Positions 63,757 to 64,000 of a DNA stretch of 64,000 nt are shown in pieces. Position 1 is the first letter of the stretch. Every line of letters starts with the position of its first letter. Origin of the DNA: Callorhinchus milii (taxonomy: Eukaryota); assembly GCF_018977255.1 (NCBI RefSeq), contig NW_024704743.1, forward strand, positions 5,520,001 to 5,584,000, in the 5' to 3' direction. A model generated the notes under the pieces. It was not told the DNA's origin. It saw only the letters and a program-made list of their open reading frames with translations, and did not search any database. The translations under genes were made by a program, and so were the position numbers.

Positions 63757-64000
63757 TCTTAATCAATTTGCCTGTGACTCGCGTAAGTCATATTAAATGT
63801 TCTGGCCCTGATTAACATAATTTAGTTTTACTGAGCTGTGTAACGCCAGCTACTTGAGTATATTCATAACAAGGCAAATAAGACACACGATTTATTAGCT
63901 TCTGCCAAAAGTGCAGAGTAACCCCCTTACTATGCTTCACTTTTACTAGAGCCTGATAAGGCTGGCTGCCAGCCAGTCAGCGAAGGATTACACACCAATG

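Noticed and set aside
1..64000. CRISPR arrays, rRNA, operons or viral genes
   Set aside because: None seen; recurring ORF peptides such as [13 protein letters not shown] are SINE translations

Overview
AT-rich vertebrate non-coding DNA (gene desert or very large intron) dominated by transposable elements; no host protein-coding gene could be recognised. The repeat mix (tRNA-derived SINEs with a Deu-type 3' half, L2 LINEs ending in (TTG)n, CR1 LINEs with an SGNH-esterase ORF1) suggests a cartilaginous fish, possibly a holocephalan (inference only). Main contents: about 20 copies or fragments of a young tRNA-Ala-like SINE ('SINE-A', long and short subfamilies); an older SacSINE1/DeuSINE-like family ('SINE-B'); many L2 fragments, the largest (14.9-16.9 kb) nested in a hAT-type MITE with an 8-bp TSD; CR1 fragments; two Helitron remnants, one retaining the degraded N-terminal Rep region; two unclassified short repeat families; and several repeat-free islands that may be conserved non-coding elements. 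Family names come from recalled motifs, not database searches. No convincing new biological system was found; the best leads concern SINE architecture, Helitron/SINE association and local rearrangements.
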